Source: Actinomycetes bacterium (GTDB lineage Bacteria > Actinomycetota > Actinomycetes > DATJPE01). From it: a stretch of 64,000 nt of DNA. Of the stretch, positions 38,327-48,237 are shown in pieces (the stretch's first letter is position 1; each line of letters opens with the position of its first letter). The translations under genes were made by a program, and so were the position numbers. The notes beneath the pieces were generated by a model. The model did not search any database, was not told the origin of the DNA, and worked only from the letters and a program-made list of their open reading frames with translations. The stretch lies in contig JANPBY010000004.1 of the NCBI GenBank assembly GCA_031430645.1, positions 4,337 through 68,336 on the forward strand, written 5' to 3'.

Positions 38327-40933
38327 TCAGGCCAACTGCTCGGCGGCCCACGTGGCCAGCTCAGCCCGGTCGACTTTGGAGTTGTGCCGTACGTCGACGG
38401 GGAAGTCCCGCCGGACCAGTACCGCTGCAACTGCCACCTTGGCTACGTCACGAACCGCTGCGGCCAGCTCGGGATCAGCCAGAATATCTCGGCCTGCCGG
38501 GGCTTTCTCAGGCACGACCAAGACCACGACGACCTGCGCCCCAGCAGGGCCGACGCCAACGCAGGCAGCGGAGCGGACCAGGGTGAGGCCCTCGACCCGT
38601 TGTTCAACCCCGACTGGCGTGACCGGACCCTCGGCTGTCGTGACGACGTGGGCCAGCCGTCCTTCAATCCACAGTCGACCTTCGGAGTCGAGGTGTCCGA
38701 CATCACCGGTTCGATGCCAGCCGGCGTCACGCGCCGCTCGCGATTCGGTCGCCCAGAGCCGGTCGTAGCGTTGCTTGGCCCACGGCGCGGCAACCAGCAC
38801 CTCACCGCTCACCTCGGTCTGGTCGGTCGGGATACCTGTTGCTGCACCGACGTTGTCGAGCGGGGCGATCCTCAACCGTGCACCAGGAACCGGCCGCCCC
38901 ACACAGATGCCTTCTCCGCCTTCGCCCACGGCATCGATGTCGGTCAGGCTGATGTCGGCAACCGGAAGGACCTCGGTCATGCCGTACGGCGTGTGGGCCT
39001 CGGCCGAGGGAAGCAGGTCGCCCATCTGGTGGAGCAGCCCGGACGGGACCGGGGCACCTGCACTCATCAATAGACGCACTGATCGCAGGTCGTCACGCCG
39101 CACCTCATCGAGGTCACCAGCCGTCGCGACGATGTTGCGCAAGGACGCCGGCGAGGCCCAGACCAGGGTCGCTCCGATCGCGCGTACGGCATCCGCGAGG
39201 CGCACTGCGTCGAGGGATCCGGGCTTGGTGACGTCCATGTCGGGAACCGCTGAGGCGATCCCCATCGCGGGGCCGTACAACGCGAAGGGCGCGAACGCGG
39301 CAACGAGCCGGTCGCTCGGCACAACGCCATAGAGGTCGATCAGGGCGTCTCGGTTGGCCTCAACCTGCCGGTGGAGATAGACGACGCCCTTGGCCGGCCC
39401 GGTCGCTCCGGACGTGAACACGACGGCCGCCTCGTCCTCGGGCCCAGGGCCTTCGGGGAGAACGACCCCGCGACCGGCTGCTGCCAACGCGGCCAGCGTG
39501 GACTCAGCGCCGAGCAGTCTGGCCCGGGTTGCGCTCATCGACCCTGCAGCGAACCGCCTGCCGCCGATGCGCAGGGCTCGGGCGGCGAGCAACCCACGAT
39601 CGATGGCGATGAGGTGGTCCGGCCACGCACCGCGAAGGGCGCGGGCTAGACCTCGTGCGCCAAGTCCGGCATCAGCAACCACGATGACGGCACCGATGCG
39701 CCAGCAGGCGTAGACGGCCGCAGTCAGGTCCGCGCCCGGAGGTACGAGGACGGCTACGCGTTCGCCGCGACGTACTCCTGCTGCCGAGAGCCCAGAGGCC
39801 AGCTCGTCGACCACCTGGCTCAGTCGGCTCCAAGAGATCGACCGGCCCCCGACACCGAGTTCTGCCAGGGCCTGCTCATCGGCTGACGCGGGGTCGGCCG
39901 CGCGCTCCGCGAGCGCCGCCCCCATGGGCCGCCGGGCGCGGGCCTGCGCCGGTCTCGGGGTGACCGCCTGGTCCTCGGGAACAGCTCCGGCCAGTCCTTC
40001 GACCCAGGCCCGCACGTCGTCAAACAACGCTGGCGCATCCTCGGTGACCAGGTGAGAAGCGCCCTCGTAGCGATGGACGTCGGCGTGCGGAATGCGCTCC
40101 AGGAAGTCCTGCAGGTAAAGGTCGGAGAACACCGGATCCGAGGGTCCCCAGGCGAGCAGCACCGGCACCTTCAGCCCTCGCACCCCCTCGGCGATCGCGG
40201 TGAGCGCGGGCATGGACGGGTGATCGTCTTCGAGGGGGATGTCTGCGACGAAGTCGGCGACGGCACTGCGCCGGTCGGCGCTCGAATAGGGAGCCGCAAA
40301 GGCGTCGCGCACCCCCTTCGGCGGATGGGGTCGTGAAAGGGCAGTGGTGCCGCGAACGAAAGCCGGAGTCTGCTCGCAGAGCACCCGCAACAGACCGGGG
40401 GTGCGCGCAGTCCGGATGAGCGCGGGTGCTGGCGAACCCGCTGGCTGGTGCACCGCGGTGTTGGTCAGAACCACGCCAGCGAGCTGGTCGGGGTGGGCGA
40501 GCGCCCAGCCCAACGACACGGGGCCGCCCCAGTCGTGGGCGACGGTGATGACGGGGCCTTTGATCCCGAGGGCATCGGTCAGCCGGCCCAGGTCATCGAC
40601 GCGCGGGGCCAATCGACGTACCGCTCCGATTCGCTCCGACCAGCCCATGCCCAACTGATCGACGGCAACCACGCGCCAACCCACCGGGGGGCGAGCCACC
40701 AGCTCTCGCCACAGATAGGACCAGGTCGGGTTGCCGTGGACGCAGACGAGCGTCCCGGCAAGGGCCGTGTCGGGTCCGGTATCGAGAACATGGAAGCCGC
40801 GGGAAGTACCGTCGGCGTCGACCACGTCAACGACCCGAGACCAGCGCGGGTCAAGACCCGGCAGGTCGTACGGCGGTAGCGATGCGGGAGCCGTCGCAGA
40901 CTCCCGACGGGCGCGTAGGCCCGCGCTCACCAC
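38327..40933 (-). CDS. oleBC: OleB-OleC fusion (beta-lactone decarboxylase + AMP-forming beta-lactone synthetase)
   Basis: N-terminal haloalkane-dehalogenase-like domain (VHGNPTWSYLWR, HDWGG); C-terminal adenylation domain (FTSGATGPAKG, YGMTE, TGDVG, GR). Confidence 0.85.
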   Translation of the reverse strand: MVSAGLRARRESATAPASLPPYDLPGLDPRWSRVVDVVDADGTSRGFHVLDTGPDTALAGTLVCVHGNPTWSYLWRELVARPPVGWRVVAVDQLGMGWSERIGAVRRLAPRVDDLGRLTDALGIKGPVITVAHDWGGPVSLGWALAHPDQLAGVVLTNTAVHQPAGSPAPALIRTARTPGLLRVLCEQTPAFVRGTTALSRPHPPKGVRDAFAAPYSSADRRSAVADFVADIPLEDDHPSMPALTAIAEGVRGLKVPVLLAWGPSDPVFSDLYLQDFLERIPHADVHRYEGASHLVTEDAPALFDDVRAWVEGLAGAVPEDQAVTPRPAQARARRPMGAALAERAADPASADEQALAELGVGGRSISWSRLSQVVDELASGLSAAGVRRGERVAVLVPPGADLTAAVYACWRIGAVIVVADAGLGARGLARALRGAWPDHLIAIDRGLLAARALRIGGRRFAAGSMSATRARLLGAESTLAALAAAGRGVVLPEGPGPEDEAAVVFTSGATGPAKGVVYLHRQVEANRDALIDLYGVVPSDRLVAAFAPFALYGPAMGIASAVPDMDVTKPGSLDAVRLADAVRAIGATLVWASPASLRNIVATAGDLDEVRRDDLRSVRLLMSAGAPVPSGLLHQMGDLLPSAEAHTPYGMTEVLPVADISLTDIDAVGEGGEGICVGRPVPGARLRIAPLDNVGAATGIPTDQTEVSGEVLVAAPWAKQRYDRLWATESRAARDAGWHRTGDVGHLDSEGRLWIEGRLAHVVTTAEGPVTPVGVEQRVEGLTLVRSAACVGVGPAGAQVVVVLVVPEKAPAGRDILADPELAAAVRDVAKVAVAAVLVRRDFPVDVRHNSKVDRAELATWAAEQLA

Positions 40934-42024
40934 TCGATTTCGAGGGCGCAGGCGTTGATGCCGGACCCGATGCCCATGAGCAGCACCCGGTCGCCCGGGG
41001 ACAACGAGTCAGCCTCCATGGCAAGGGTGCACGGGACAGACGCCGGGCCGATGTTGCCGCGGCTCGGGAACGTGCTCGGAGCCTTCGCCGGATCGATGTT
41101 CAGCGCGTGACAGATCGCCGCAGTGTGCACCTTGGAAATCTGGTGAGAGACGTAGCGGTCCATGTCGCTCCAGTCGAACTGAGACTTTGCCTCTGCCCAT
41201 AGCTCGATCGAGATTTGGATTCCTGCAGCGAACAGCGCCTTGGAATCCGTTCGCATGTCCTCGAGGGTCCCGACGCAGAGCTCGTGATGCTGGGTGGCCG
41301 CTCGCGAGGCTCCACCGAGGACGCGGTGCCCCTCGGGATGCTTGTCCGACCGACCCAGAACCATGGCAGCTCCGCCCGAGCCAAGCGTGAGCGACGCGAA
41401 CTGAGACCAGAGGTCCTCGGCAGTCGTCGAACGCCCAGCCAACCGGTCGAGGGTCAACTCCTGCGTGCGCCGGCTGCCCTCGCCGTCGACCACCAGGGCG
41501 TACTCGACCTGACCGCCGTCGATCATCGTGGCAGCCAACTGCATCGCGTTGACGAATCCGAGACAGGCATTGGAGAGATCGAAAGTGAGGCAACTCGTGG
41601 CCAGACCAAGTTGATGATGAACGGAGACGGCCTTGCTCGGCTCGAGGTAGTCGCGGCAAACCGAGGAGTCGATGAGCAGGCCGATCCGGCGAGGGTCGAT
41701 CCCGGACTCGGCGATCGCCTTCGCGCCGGCCATCACGGCCGCGTCGACGAAGGAAACGTCCTCGGGCCACCAGCGGCGCTCCTCGATGCCGGCGACCGCG
41801 GAGAGCATCCCCGGACGTACGCCGGTGCGTTCGTAGGTCTCGGCGAGCCGCTCATCGAAGGAAGCCGAGGTCACAACGATCGGCGCGTCGACCGAGGTCA
41901 CCGACAGGATCGCGGTGTTCTTGTATCGGAACGTGATGTTGCCCGGCATGGCCGAGTCGGGCGTGACCGACCCCGCAGCGCCAGGGACAGAGTCTGCGGC
42001 GGTCGTGGCCGAGTTGTTGCTCAT
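40927..42024 (-). CDS. oleA: OleA thiolase-like acyl-CoA condensing enzyme
   Basis: RDYLEPS (catalytic Glu), DLSNACLGF (Cys), SHQIS (His), GNIGPAS (Asn), GIGSG; alternative start at 41949. Confidence 0.85.
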   Translation of the reverse strand: MSNNSATTAADSVPGAAGSVTPDSAMPGNITFRYKNTAILSVTSVDAPIVVTSASFDERLAETYERTGVRPGMLSAVAGIEERRWWPEDVSFVDAAVMAGAKAIAESGIDPRRIGLLIDSSVCRDYLEPSKAVSVHHQLGLATSCLTFDLSNACLGFVNAMQLAATMIDGGQVEYALVVDGEGSRRTQELTLDRLAGRSTTAEDLWSQFASLTLGSGGAAMVLGRSDKHPEGHRVLGGASRAATQHHELCVGTLEDMRTDSKALFAAGIQISIELWAEAKSQFDWSDMDRYVSHQISKVHTAAICHALNIDPAKAPSTFPSRGNIGPASVPCTLAMEADSLSPGDRVLLMGIGSGINACALEIEW

Positions 42025-42277
42025 CGGGGCCCTTCGAGGCAGGTACTGGAGGTCGCCGGTGCGGAGGCGGGTGGGCCACCGGAGGGCCTGAGCAGTCTCC
42101 CACGACACGCCCGGCGAACTGAAACTCGCCCACCTCGGGCGTGCCTTGCGCCCGCGCAGTTAGGTCACAGGCTGCACCTGAGCCGTTCACAGGGGACGTA
42201 CAGGTTCGAGCAGCAGAGTCGCATCCACCAACCGTTTCAGCCCGCCACGACCAATCGCCGACGACACGGAGCCCGCG

Positions 42278-43135
42278 ATGTCCCGCTATTCGAACACCGA
42301 CCAGGAAGACATTCACGAACATGATCGCGGGCTCGCCCACGACCTGCCGATTCTGCTCAGCCGACGTGGCGCGCTGTCGGTACTCGGGGGGTTTGGCCTG
42401 GTGACGCTCAACGGGTGCGCCGCTTCGCCATTGGCGGGAACCGCGAGCACACCACCAGCGAGCCCTCGCTCGACGCCGAGTGCCTCCGAGTCAAGCACCG
42501 GGGCCGCGACGGGTGAGCTGATCCCCGAGGAGACCGCAGGGCCGTTCCCGTCCAACGGGTCCAACGGGCGCAACGTGCTCAACCAGAGTGGCGTCGTGCG
42601 CAGCGACATCACCGCCAGCTTCGGCACGGCCTCCGGTGTGGTCACAGGCGTTCCGCTGACCGTGACTCTGACCGTCCTCGATTCAAGGAATGGCTCGAGC
42701 GCCTACCCGGGAGCGGCGGTCTACCTCTGGCACGCAACGCCGGACGGTCGGTACTCGATGTACTCCGACGGGGTGAAAGAGGAGAACTACCTGCGAGGCG
42801 TCCAGGAATGCGACGCCGCGGGCCAGGTCACGTTCACGACGATCTACCCAGGGGCATACGACGGGCGATGGCCGCACATCCACTTCGAGGTGTATCCCGG
42901 TGTTGAGGACGCGGTGAACGCGAGCTCACGACTGCGGACGTCACAACTGGCCTTCCCAGAAACGGAGAGTGCGCTGGTCTACGCCACCAACGGATACGCC
43001 AACAGCAGCGCGAACCTGGCCGGCAGCTCACTCGAGTCCGACATGGTCTTCAGCGACGGCTACTCATTGCAGCTGGCAACGATGTCCGGCACCGTGACCA
43101 ACGGCATGCTCGCCACCCTCAACGTCCCCGTCTAG
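42278..43135 (+). CDS. Intradiol ring-cleavage dioxygenase-like protein with a Tat/lipoprotein signal
   Basis: SRRGAL twin-arginine, LNGC lipobox, [12 protein letters not shown]...[22 protein letters not shown]. Confidence 0.8.
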   Translation: MSRYSNTDQEDIHEHDRGLAHDLPILLSRRGALSVLGGFGLVTLNGCAASPLAGTASTPPASPRSTPSASESSTGAATGELIPEETAGPFPSNGSNGRNVLNQSGVVRSDITASFGTASGVVTGVPLTVTLTVLDSRNGSSAYPGAAVYLWHATPDGRYSMYSDGVKEENYLRGVQECDAAGQVTFTTIYPGAYDGRWPHIHFEVYPGVEDAVNASSRLRTSQLAFPETESALVYATNGYANSSANLAGSSLESDMVFSDGYSLQLATMSGTVTNGMLATLNVPV

Positions 43136-45114
43136 CCGTCTCCCGCCCGCAGCGTCGCGAGGACTTGGTCCAGGACGACTTGGTCCCCTACCGAGACGGG
43201 GAGCTCTTTCACGACACCGGGAGCGGATGCGCGGACGACGTGCTCCATCTTCATCGCCTCGACCGAGACCACTGGCTGGCCCGCTTCGACGGAGTCCCCT
43301 ACCGCAACGTGCCACGCCGTGAGCGTTCCCGGCATCGGCGACAGGAGCGGGCCAGCCTGACCTGGCGCGTCCGGGCGCAGCACCACATGTGCCGGCGCCT
43401 CGCGCAGCGCCCACGACTCACCGTTGAGGCCGAGCCAGGTCGTTCCAGCGGTGTACGCGCATGACCATCGGACCGACTGACCCCCAGTCGTCACCAACAA
43501 GTCCTCGCCGTCGACATCCGCGGAAGCAGTCACCACTGGTGATCCCGCCACGCGAACCTCGAGGGAACCGGCTCCGCCTCGAGCCTCCAGGGAGACGACC
43601 TGGCCGCTCGAGTGCATGACCCGGTGGGCGACCCAGGCCGGGCCCCCCAGGCGCCAGTCGGAGAGCGTGACGTACGGGTCGTCCGAGGCAAGGGTCCGTT
43701 TCCGCTCGACCATTCGCGCGAGAGCCCAGGCGACGTACACGGCCTCCGGCACCGCGTCCGCCAAGAGCCTGGGCGTCACCGAATCGATGAGTCCCGTGTC
43801 GAGTCGACCGGCGCGGACGTCAGGGTCGGCGAGCAGCCCCCGGAGGAACGAGGTGTTCGTCGTCACGCCCAGCAACGTCAACTCCGAGAGGGCAGAGTCG
43901 AGCCGATCCAGGGCGATGGCCCGGTCCTCCCCCCACGCGATCACCTTGGACAGCATCGGGTCATAACTGGACCCGATCACAGTCCCGACACTGATCCCCG
44001 AGTCGACGCGCACGTGCTCGCGCTCCGGCTCGTTCAGCCGAAGGACTGTCCCGCCCGTGGGCAGGAATCCCCGGGCCGGATCCTCGGCATAGATCCGAGC
44101 CTCGACGGCGTGCCCAAGCATGCGGATGCCTTCCTGCCTGAATCCCAGCGCTTCGCCCGCGGCTACCCGGAGCTGTTGCTCGACGAGATCGATGCCGGTG
44201 ACCAGTTCGGTGACGGGGTGCTCGACCTGCAGCCGGGTGTTCATCTCCATGAAGAAGAACTCTCCGGGACGGTCATCACTCATGATGAACTCCACCGTGC
44301 CGGCACCGACGTACCCGCAGGCCAAGGCCGTTTTGACCGCGCTAGCGCCGATGGCTGCTCGCACACTTTCCGTGAGCAGGACCGAGGGCGCCTCCTCGAT
44401 GACCTTCTGGTGGCGGCGCTGCAGGCTGCATTCGCGCTCGCCCAGGTGCACGACGGTGCCGTGCTGGTCGGCCAGCACCTGAACCTCGATGTGGCGGGGT
44501 CGGTCGACGTAGCGCTCGATCAGGAGGGCGTCGTCGCCAAAGGCTGTACGGGCTTCGCGGCGCGCGGAGGCCAGGGCCGCGGCAAGGTCAGCCGGCTCCT
44601 CGACTCGTCGCATGCCCTTGCCCCCGCCGCCGGCGGACGGCTTGATCAGCACCGGGTAGCCGATGGCATCAGCTGCGGCGATCAGATCCGAATCCGTGAG
44701 ACCCGGGACGTGCCGTCCTGGAACGACGGGGACGCCCGCAGCCTCGACGGTCTGCTTCGCGCGAATCTTGTCGCCCATGGCTTCGATCGCAGCGGGCGGT
44801 GGACCGATGAAGACCAGGCCTGCCGTCGCGCACGCCCGGGCGAAGTCGGCATTCTCGGACAAGAAGCCGTAGCCCGGGTGTACGGCTTCGGCGCCGACCG
44901 ACAGGGCGGCTGCCACCACGGCGTCGATGTCGAGGTAGCTGCGCCGAGCCTCTGCTGGTCCGATCCGAACGGCCACGTCAGCAGCAAGGACATGGCGCGC
45001 ATCAACGTCGGCATCGCTGTAGACGACCGCGGTGCGGATTCCGAGACGATGGAGTGTGCGTGTTACGCGGACGGCAATCTCACCGCGGTTGGCGATCAGA
45101 ACCGTTGAGAACAA
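43132..45114 (-). CDS. Biotin-dependent acyl-CoA (methylcrotonyl-CoA-like) carboxylase alpha subunit
   Basis: [55 protein letters not shown] biotin site; TTG start. Confidence 0.93.
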   Translation of the reverse strand: MFSTVLIANRGEIAVRVTRTLHRLGIRTAVVYSDADVDARHVLAADVAVRIGPAEARRSYLDIDAVVAAALSVGAEAVHPGYGFLSENADFARACATAGLVFIGPPPAAIEAMGDKIRAKQTVEAAGVPVVPGRHVPGLTDSDLIAAADAIGYPVLIKPSAGGGGKGMRRVEEPADLAAALASARREARTAFGDDALLIERYVDRPRHIEVQVLADQHGTVVHLGERECSLQRRHQKVIEEAPSVLLTESVRAAIGASAVKTALACGYVGAGTVEFIMSDDRPGEFFFMEMNTRLQVEHPVTELVTGIDLVEQQLRVAAGEALGFRQEGIRMLGHAVEARIYAEDPARGFLPTGGTVLRLNEPEREHVRVDSGISVGTVIGSSYDPMLSKVIAWGEDRAIALDRLDSALSELTLLGVTTNTSFLRGLLADPDVRAGRLDTGLIDSVTPRLLADAVPEAVYVAWALARMVERKRTLASDDPYVTLSDWRLGGPAWVAHRVMHSSGQVVSLEARGGAGSLEVRVAGSPVVTASADVDGEDLLVTTGGQSVRWSCAYTAGTTWLGLNGESWALREAPAHVVLRPDAPGQAGPLLSPMPGTLTAWHVAVGDSVEAGQPVVSVEAMKMEHVVRASAPGVVKELPVSVGDQVVLDQVLATLRAGDG

Positions 45115-45136
45115 TGGACTTCCCGGAGACACGGCG

Positions 45137-46750
45137 CTACATCCGGAAGACGCCGTAGCCCACGGGCTCAAGCGGCGCACCTGCACAGGCCGAAAGCGCC
45201 AGGCCCACGACCGACCGAGTGTCCTTCGGGTCGATCACGCCGTCATCCCAGAGACGGGCGGTGCCGTAGTAGGGATTTCCTTGGCGCTCGTACTGCTCCC
45301 GGATCGGCACCTTGAACGACTCCTCGTCCGCTGCAGACCAGGTCTCGCCGCGATCCTCGAGGGAGTCTCGGCGCACTGTTGCGAGCACTGAGGCCGCTTG
45401 GTCGCCACCCATGACGGAGATCCGCGCGTTGGGCCAGGTGAAGAGGAACCGAGGTGAGTACGCGCGTCCGCACATCGAATAGTTGCCGGCGCCGAAGGAG
45501 CCACCGATGACCACGGTCAGCTTGGGGACTCGAGCACAGGCGACCGCCGTCACCATCTTGGCTCCGTGCTTAGCGATCCCTGCGGCTTCGTAGTCGCGGC
45601 CGACCATGAACCCGGTGATGTTCTGCAAGAACAACAACGGGATTTGCCGCCTGTCGCAGAGCTGGATGAAGTGCGCGCCCTTCAAAGCTGATTCGCCGAA
45701 CAAGACACCGTTGTTGGCAACGACGCCCACTGGATGGCCGTGGATGTGCGCGAACCCGGTGACCAGGGTGGGCGCATAGTTCCTCTTGAACTCCTGGAAC
45801 CGACTCCCGTCCACGATGCGGGCGATCACCTCGCGGACGTCGTACTGAGTGCGCGGGTCGACCGGCACAACGCCGTAGAGCTGGGCGACGTCGACCGCGG
45901 GTTCCTCGACTGACTGCCGTAACCACGGTGCCGCCCCAGCAGGCGGGCAAGTCGCCACGATCTCCCGAACGATGCGCAGCGCATCGACGTCGTCCTCCGC
46001 GAGATGGTCGGCGACGCCCGACTTTCGCGCATGCACATCGCCGCCGCCTAGATCCTCAGCCGTAACGACCTCGCCGGTCGCGGCCTTCACCAGCGGTGGC
46101 CCACCCAGGAAGATGGTCCCTTGGTTGCGCACGATCACGGTTTCATCGCTCATGGCAGGGACGTAGGCGCCTCCGGCCGTGCACGATCCGAGAACCGCAG
46201 CCACCTGCGGGATACCGATCGCCGACAACCTCGCCTGGTTGAAAAAGATCCGCCCGAAGTGATCACGGTCGGGAAACACCTCGTCCTGCATTGGTAGGAA
46301 CGCCCCGCCGGAGTCGACGAGATAGAGACACGGCAGCCGGTTCTCCAGCGCGACCTCCTGGGCGCGAAGGTGCTTCTTCACCGTGAGCGGAAAGTAAGTG
46401 CCCCCCTTCACCGTGGCGTCGTTGGCCACGATCAGGCACTCGCGACCCGCGACCCGGCCGATGCCGGTGATCAACCCCGCACCCGGCGCTTCGTCGTCAT
46501 AGAGGCCGTTGGCTGCCAGCGGTGACAGCTCGAGGAAGGGCGACCCAGGATCGAGCAACTCATCCACCCGGTCGCGCGGCAACAACTTGCCGCGCTCGAC
46601 ATGCTTGACCCGGGCCCTCTCGGGTCCCCCCTCGCGATTCCTGGCCAACCGCCCATGCAAGTCACCGACGAGCTCGCGGTGCGCCACCTCGTTCGCGGCA
46701 AAGGCCGCGCTACGCGGGTCGCAGGCTGACTGCAGCTCAGTTCCACTCAC
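45137..46750 (-). CDS. Acyl-CoA (methylcrotonyl-CoA-like) carboxylase carboxyltransferase beta subunit
   Basis: [51 protein letters not shown]. Confidence 0.93.
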   Translation of the reverse strand: MSGTELQSACDPRSAAFAANEVAHRELVGDLHGRLARNREGGPERARVKHVERGKLLPRDRVDELLDPGSPFLELSPLAANGLYDDEAPGAGLITGIGRVAGRECLIVANDATVKGGTYFPLTVKKHLRAQEVALENRLPCLYLVDSGGAFLPMQDEVFPDRDHFGRIFFNQARLSAIGIPQVAAVLGSCTAGGAYVPAMSDETVIVRNQGTIFLGGPPLVKAATGEVVTAEDLGGGDVHARKSGVADHLAEDDVDALRIVREIVATCPPAGAAPWLRQSVEEPAVDVAQLYGVVPVDPRTQYDVREVIARIVDGSRFQEFKRNYAPTLVTGFAHIHGHPVGVVANNGVLFGESALKGAHFIQLCDRRQIPLLFLQNITGFMVGRDYEAAGIAKHGAKMVTAVACARVPKLTVVIGGSFGAGNYSMCGRAYSPRFLFTWPNARISVMGGDQAASVLATVRRDSLEDRGETWSAADEESFKVPIREQYERQGNPYYGTARLWDDGVIDPKDTRSVVGLALSACAGAPLEPVGYGVFRM

Positions 46751-46815
46751 GCGCCGACCGTAGCCCGAACCCGCCCCCGACGAAGGCAGCGGCACACGAA
46801 CGTCCAGCAGGCAAA

Positions 46816-46950
46816 GGCACGACGAGGGGCCGAACTCCCGCAGAGTTCGTACGGAGCACGACGAGGGGCCGAACTCCCGCAGAGTTCGTAGGGAGCACGC
46901 CGAAGGCGGCGGGTGTAGAACTCGAAGGGAGTTCGGCCCCTCGTCGTGCC
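46816..46950. repeat. Dispersed palindromic (REP/REPIN-like) element, copy 2, with a tandem-duplicated left arm
   Basis: 35-bp direct repeat at 46817-46851 and 46856-46890 (period 39); 23-bp perfect inverted repeat 46856-46878/46927-46949; core 46875-46932 is 55/58 identical to 22396-22453. Confidence 0.9.
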
Positions 46951-46976
46951 GCCCCGCGACCCCTCAACTAAAACCC

Positions 46977-48062
46977 TCAGCTACGCCACAACAGAACGAG
47001 CGCCCGATCGTCATCAAGGCCCCGCCGTCCGAGCACGTCCACGAGCCGACGAGCTCCCCGATGGAACCCCTGCGGCACCAGTCGCTCGGCCGCCCCCAGA
47101 AGCTTGTCGATGCCCACGTCGATATCCCCACCCGGAATCTCAACCACTCCATCGGTGTAGAGCAACAGTGCGTCTCCCACACCAAGTGCTCCGTGCTCGA
47201 GCAAGAACACGGCATCAGGGTCAACGCCCAGGGCCGGACCGCGGGCTGACGTGAGCGTCCAGCGCCCCGAACCCGCAAGGAAGTGGGCTGCCGGCGGGTG
47301 ACCCGCTGACCCGAGCACGTAGGAGCCCGTACGCAGGTCGAGGGCGAGATGGACTGCTGTGGCGAAACCGTCCTCCCAACGCTGTCGACGGAGGTAGGAG
47401 TCGGCGGCCTCGAGGAACTCCTCGGCCGGCATCGCCCCGAGCAGGCCCCCGAGCGCACCGGACAACAGAAGAGCACGGGTGCCAGCATCGACGCCCTTGC
47501 CGGACACGTCGCACACGACGAGCTCGAGCACGTGGCCATCCGGTGACTGGGTCGCCACCAGGAAGTCACCGCTGAAGGACGCGCCACCCGCTGGGCGGAG
47601 GAGGGATTCCGCGTGCCAGCCGGAGGGAAGCTCCGGGAGTTCCCCGAGCAGCTTCAGCCGGTCGCGCAGGTCAACCAGCATCGACTCCCCGCGCATGGCC
47701 TGAACTCCGAGCCGAGCCCTGGAGCGGGCCACGGCAAGCACAACGGCAGCCGTACCACCAACCACCAGCAGCGTTCCAGGGCGCACCATGTCCCACCCGA
47801 GCACCCGAATCTCATAAGCGAGAACCCCTGTCGCCACCGCGAGCAGCAGCCATAGGCCACGGACCGACAGCAAGAAACCCCCGACCAGGACAACGAGGCT
47901 GAGCAGGCCGGGCGGCGCCCACTCAGTGTTGTTGACCGCAGCCCACCCCAGCGCGAGTGCCACCCCTACGAGGGCCAGGAGCACAAATCCGTCGGAGCGC
48001 AGAAAACCGCGCCGCAACCGGAGCAGGAGGCGGCGGAACCTGGCGGCGCCTGAGGGGGGCAT
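46977..48062 (-). CDS. Membrane-anchored PP2C/SpoIIE-family Ser/Thr phosphatase
   Basis: N-terminal TMs; GDF, VCDVSGKG, AGHPP, LYTDG, DD catalytic motifs. Confidence 0.9.
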   Translation of the reverse strand: MPPSGAARFRRLLLRLRRGFLRSDGFVLLALVGVALALGWAAVNNTEWAPPGLLSLVVLVGGFLLSVRGLWLLLAVATGVLAYEIRVLGWDMVRPGTLLVVGGTAAVVLAVARSRARLGVQAMRGESMLVDLRDRLKLLGELPELPSGWHAESLLRPAGGASFSGDFLVATQSPDGHVLELVVCDVSGKGVDAGTRALLLSGALGGLLGAMPAEEFLEAADSYLRRQRWEDGFATAVHLALDLRTGSYVLGSAGHPPAAHFLAGSGRWTLTSARGPALGVDPDAVFLLEHGALGVGDALLLYTDGVVEIPGGDIDVGIDKLLGAAERLVPQGFHRGARRLVDVLGRRGLDDDRALVLLWRS

Positions 48063-48070
48063 CGTCGAAA

Positions 48071-48180
48071 ACCTACCGGGGCTGTCTCAGGATGCCGACC
48101 TTTCGGGCACCGGATCACCCGATAAGCCTCACCCCCAGAAAAGGGTGGGCGCCCCGACGAGGCACCAGGCAGGATGGCCG
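48071..48180 (-). ncRNA. Candidate structured 5' leader, c-di-AMP (ydaO/yuaA) riboswitch-like variant
   Basis: Follows TAGGGT -10 at 48186-48191. Motif order GCCAUCCUG..CGGGG..CCCA..GGGGUGA..GGGU..GCCCGAA..GUCGGC/GACAGC..CCCGGUAGG parallels the actinobacterial c-di-AMP aptamer as I recall it, with deviations. Confidence 0.35.
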
Positions 48181-48237
48181 CCATGACCCTAGGGCAGCTG
48201 AGTGATCAGCACGGGCGCGGATGTCGGGACAGTCCTC

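Noticed and set aside
23187-40933. Divergent ClpP1 as self-resistance to an OleC-derived beta-lactone
   Set aside because: The loci are about 14 kb apart, clpP1 is in its core position, and intact OleB should decarboxylate the lactone; no supporting evidence in the sequence.
25825-43135. Integrative island or prophage at tRNA-Gly
   Set aside because: No integrase, no phage genes and no duplicated tRNA 3' end were noticed; kept only as a low-level decay-zone finding.
46817-46890. Direct repeats resembling a mini CRISPR array
   Set aside because: Only two copies with a 4-nt gap, embedded in an inverted repeat, and no cas genes; better explained as a REP-like element.
48071-48180. Alternative identification of the PP2C leader as a TPP, FMN, SAM-IV or guanidine-I riboswitch
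   Set aside because: Only isolated short matches (UGAUCCGG, GAUCCGGUG, CUAGGGU); the core elements of those classes are missing.
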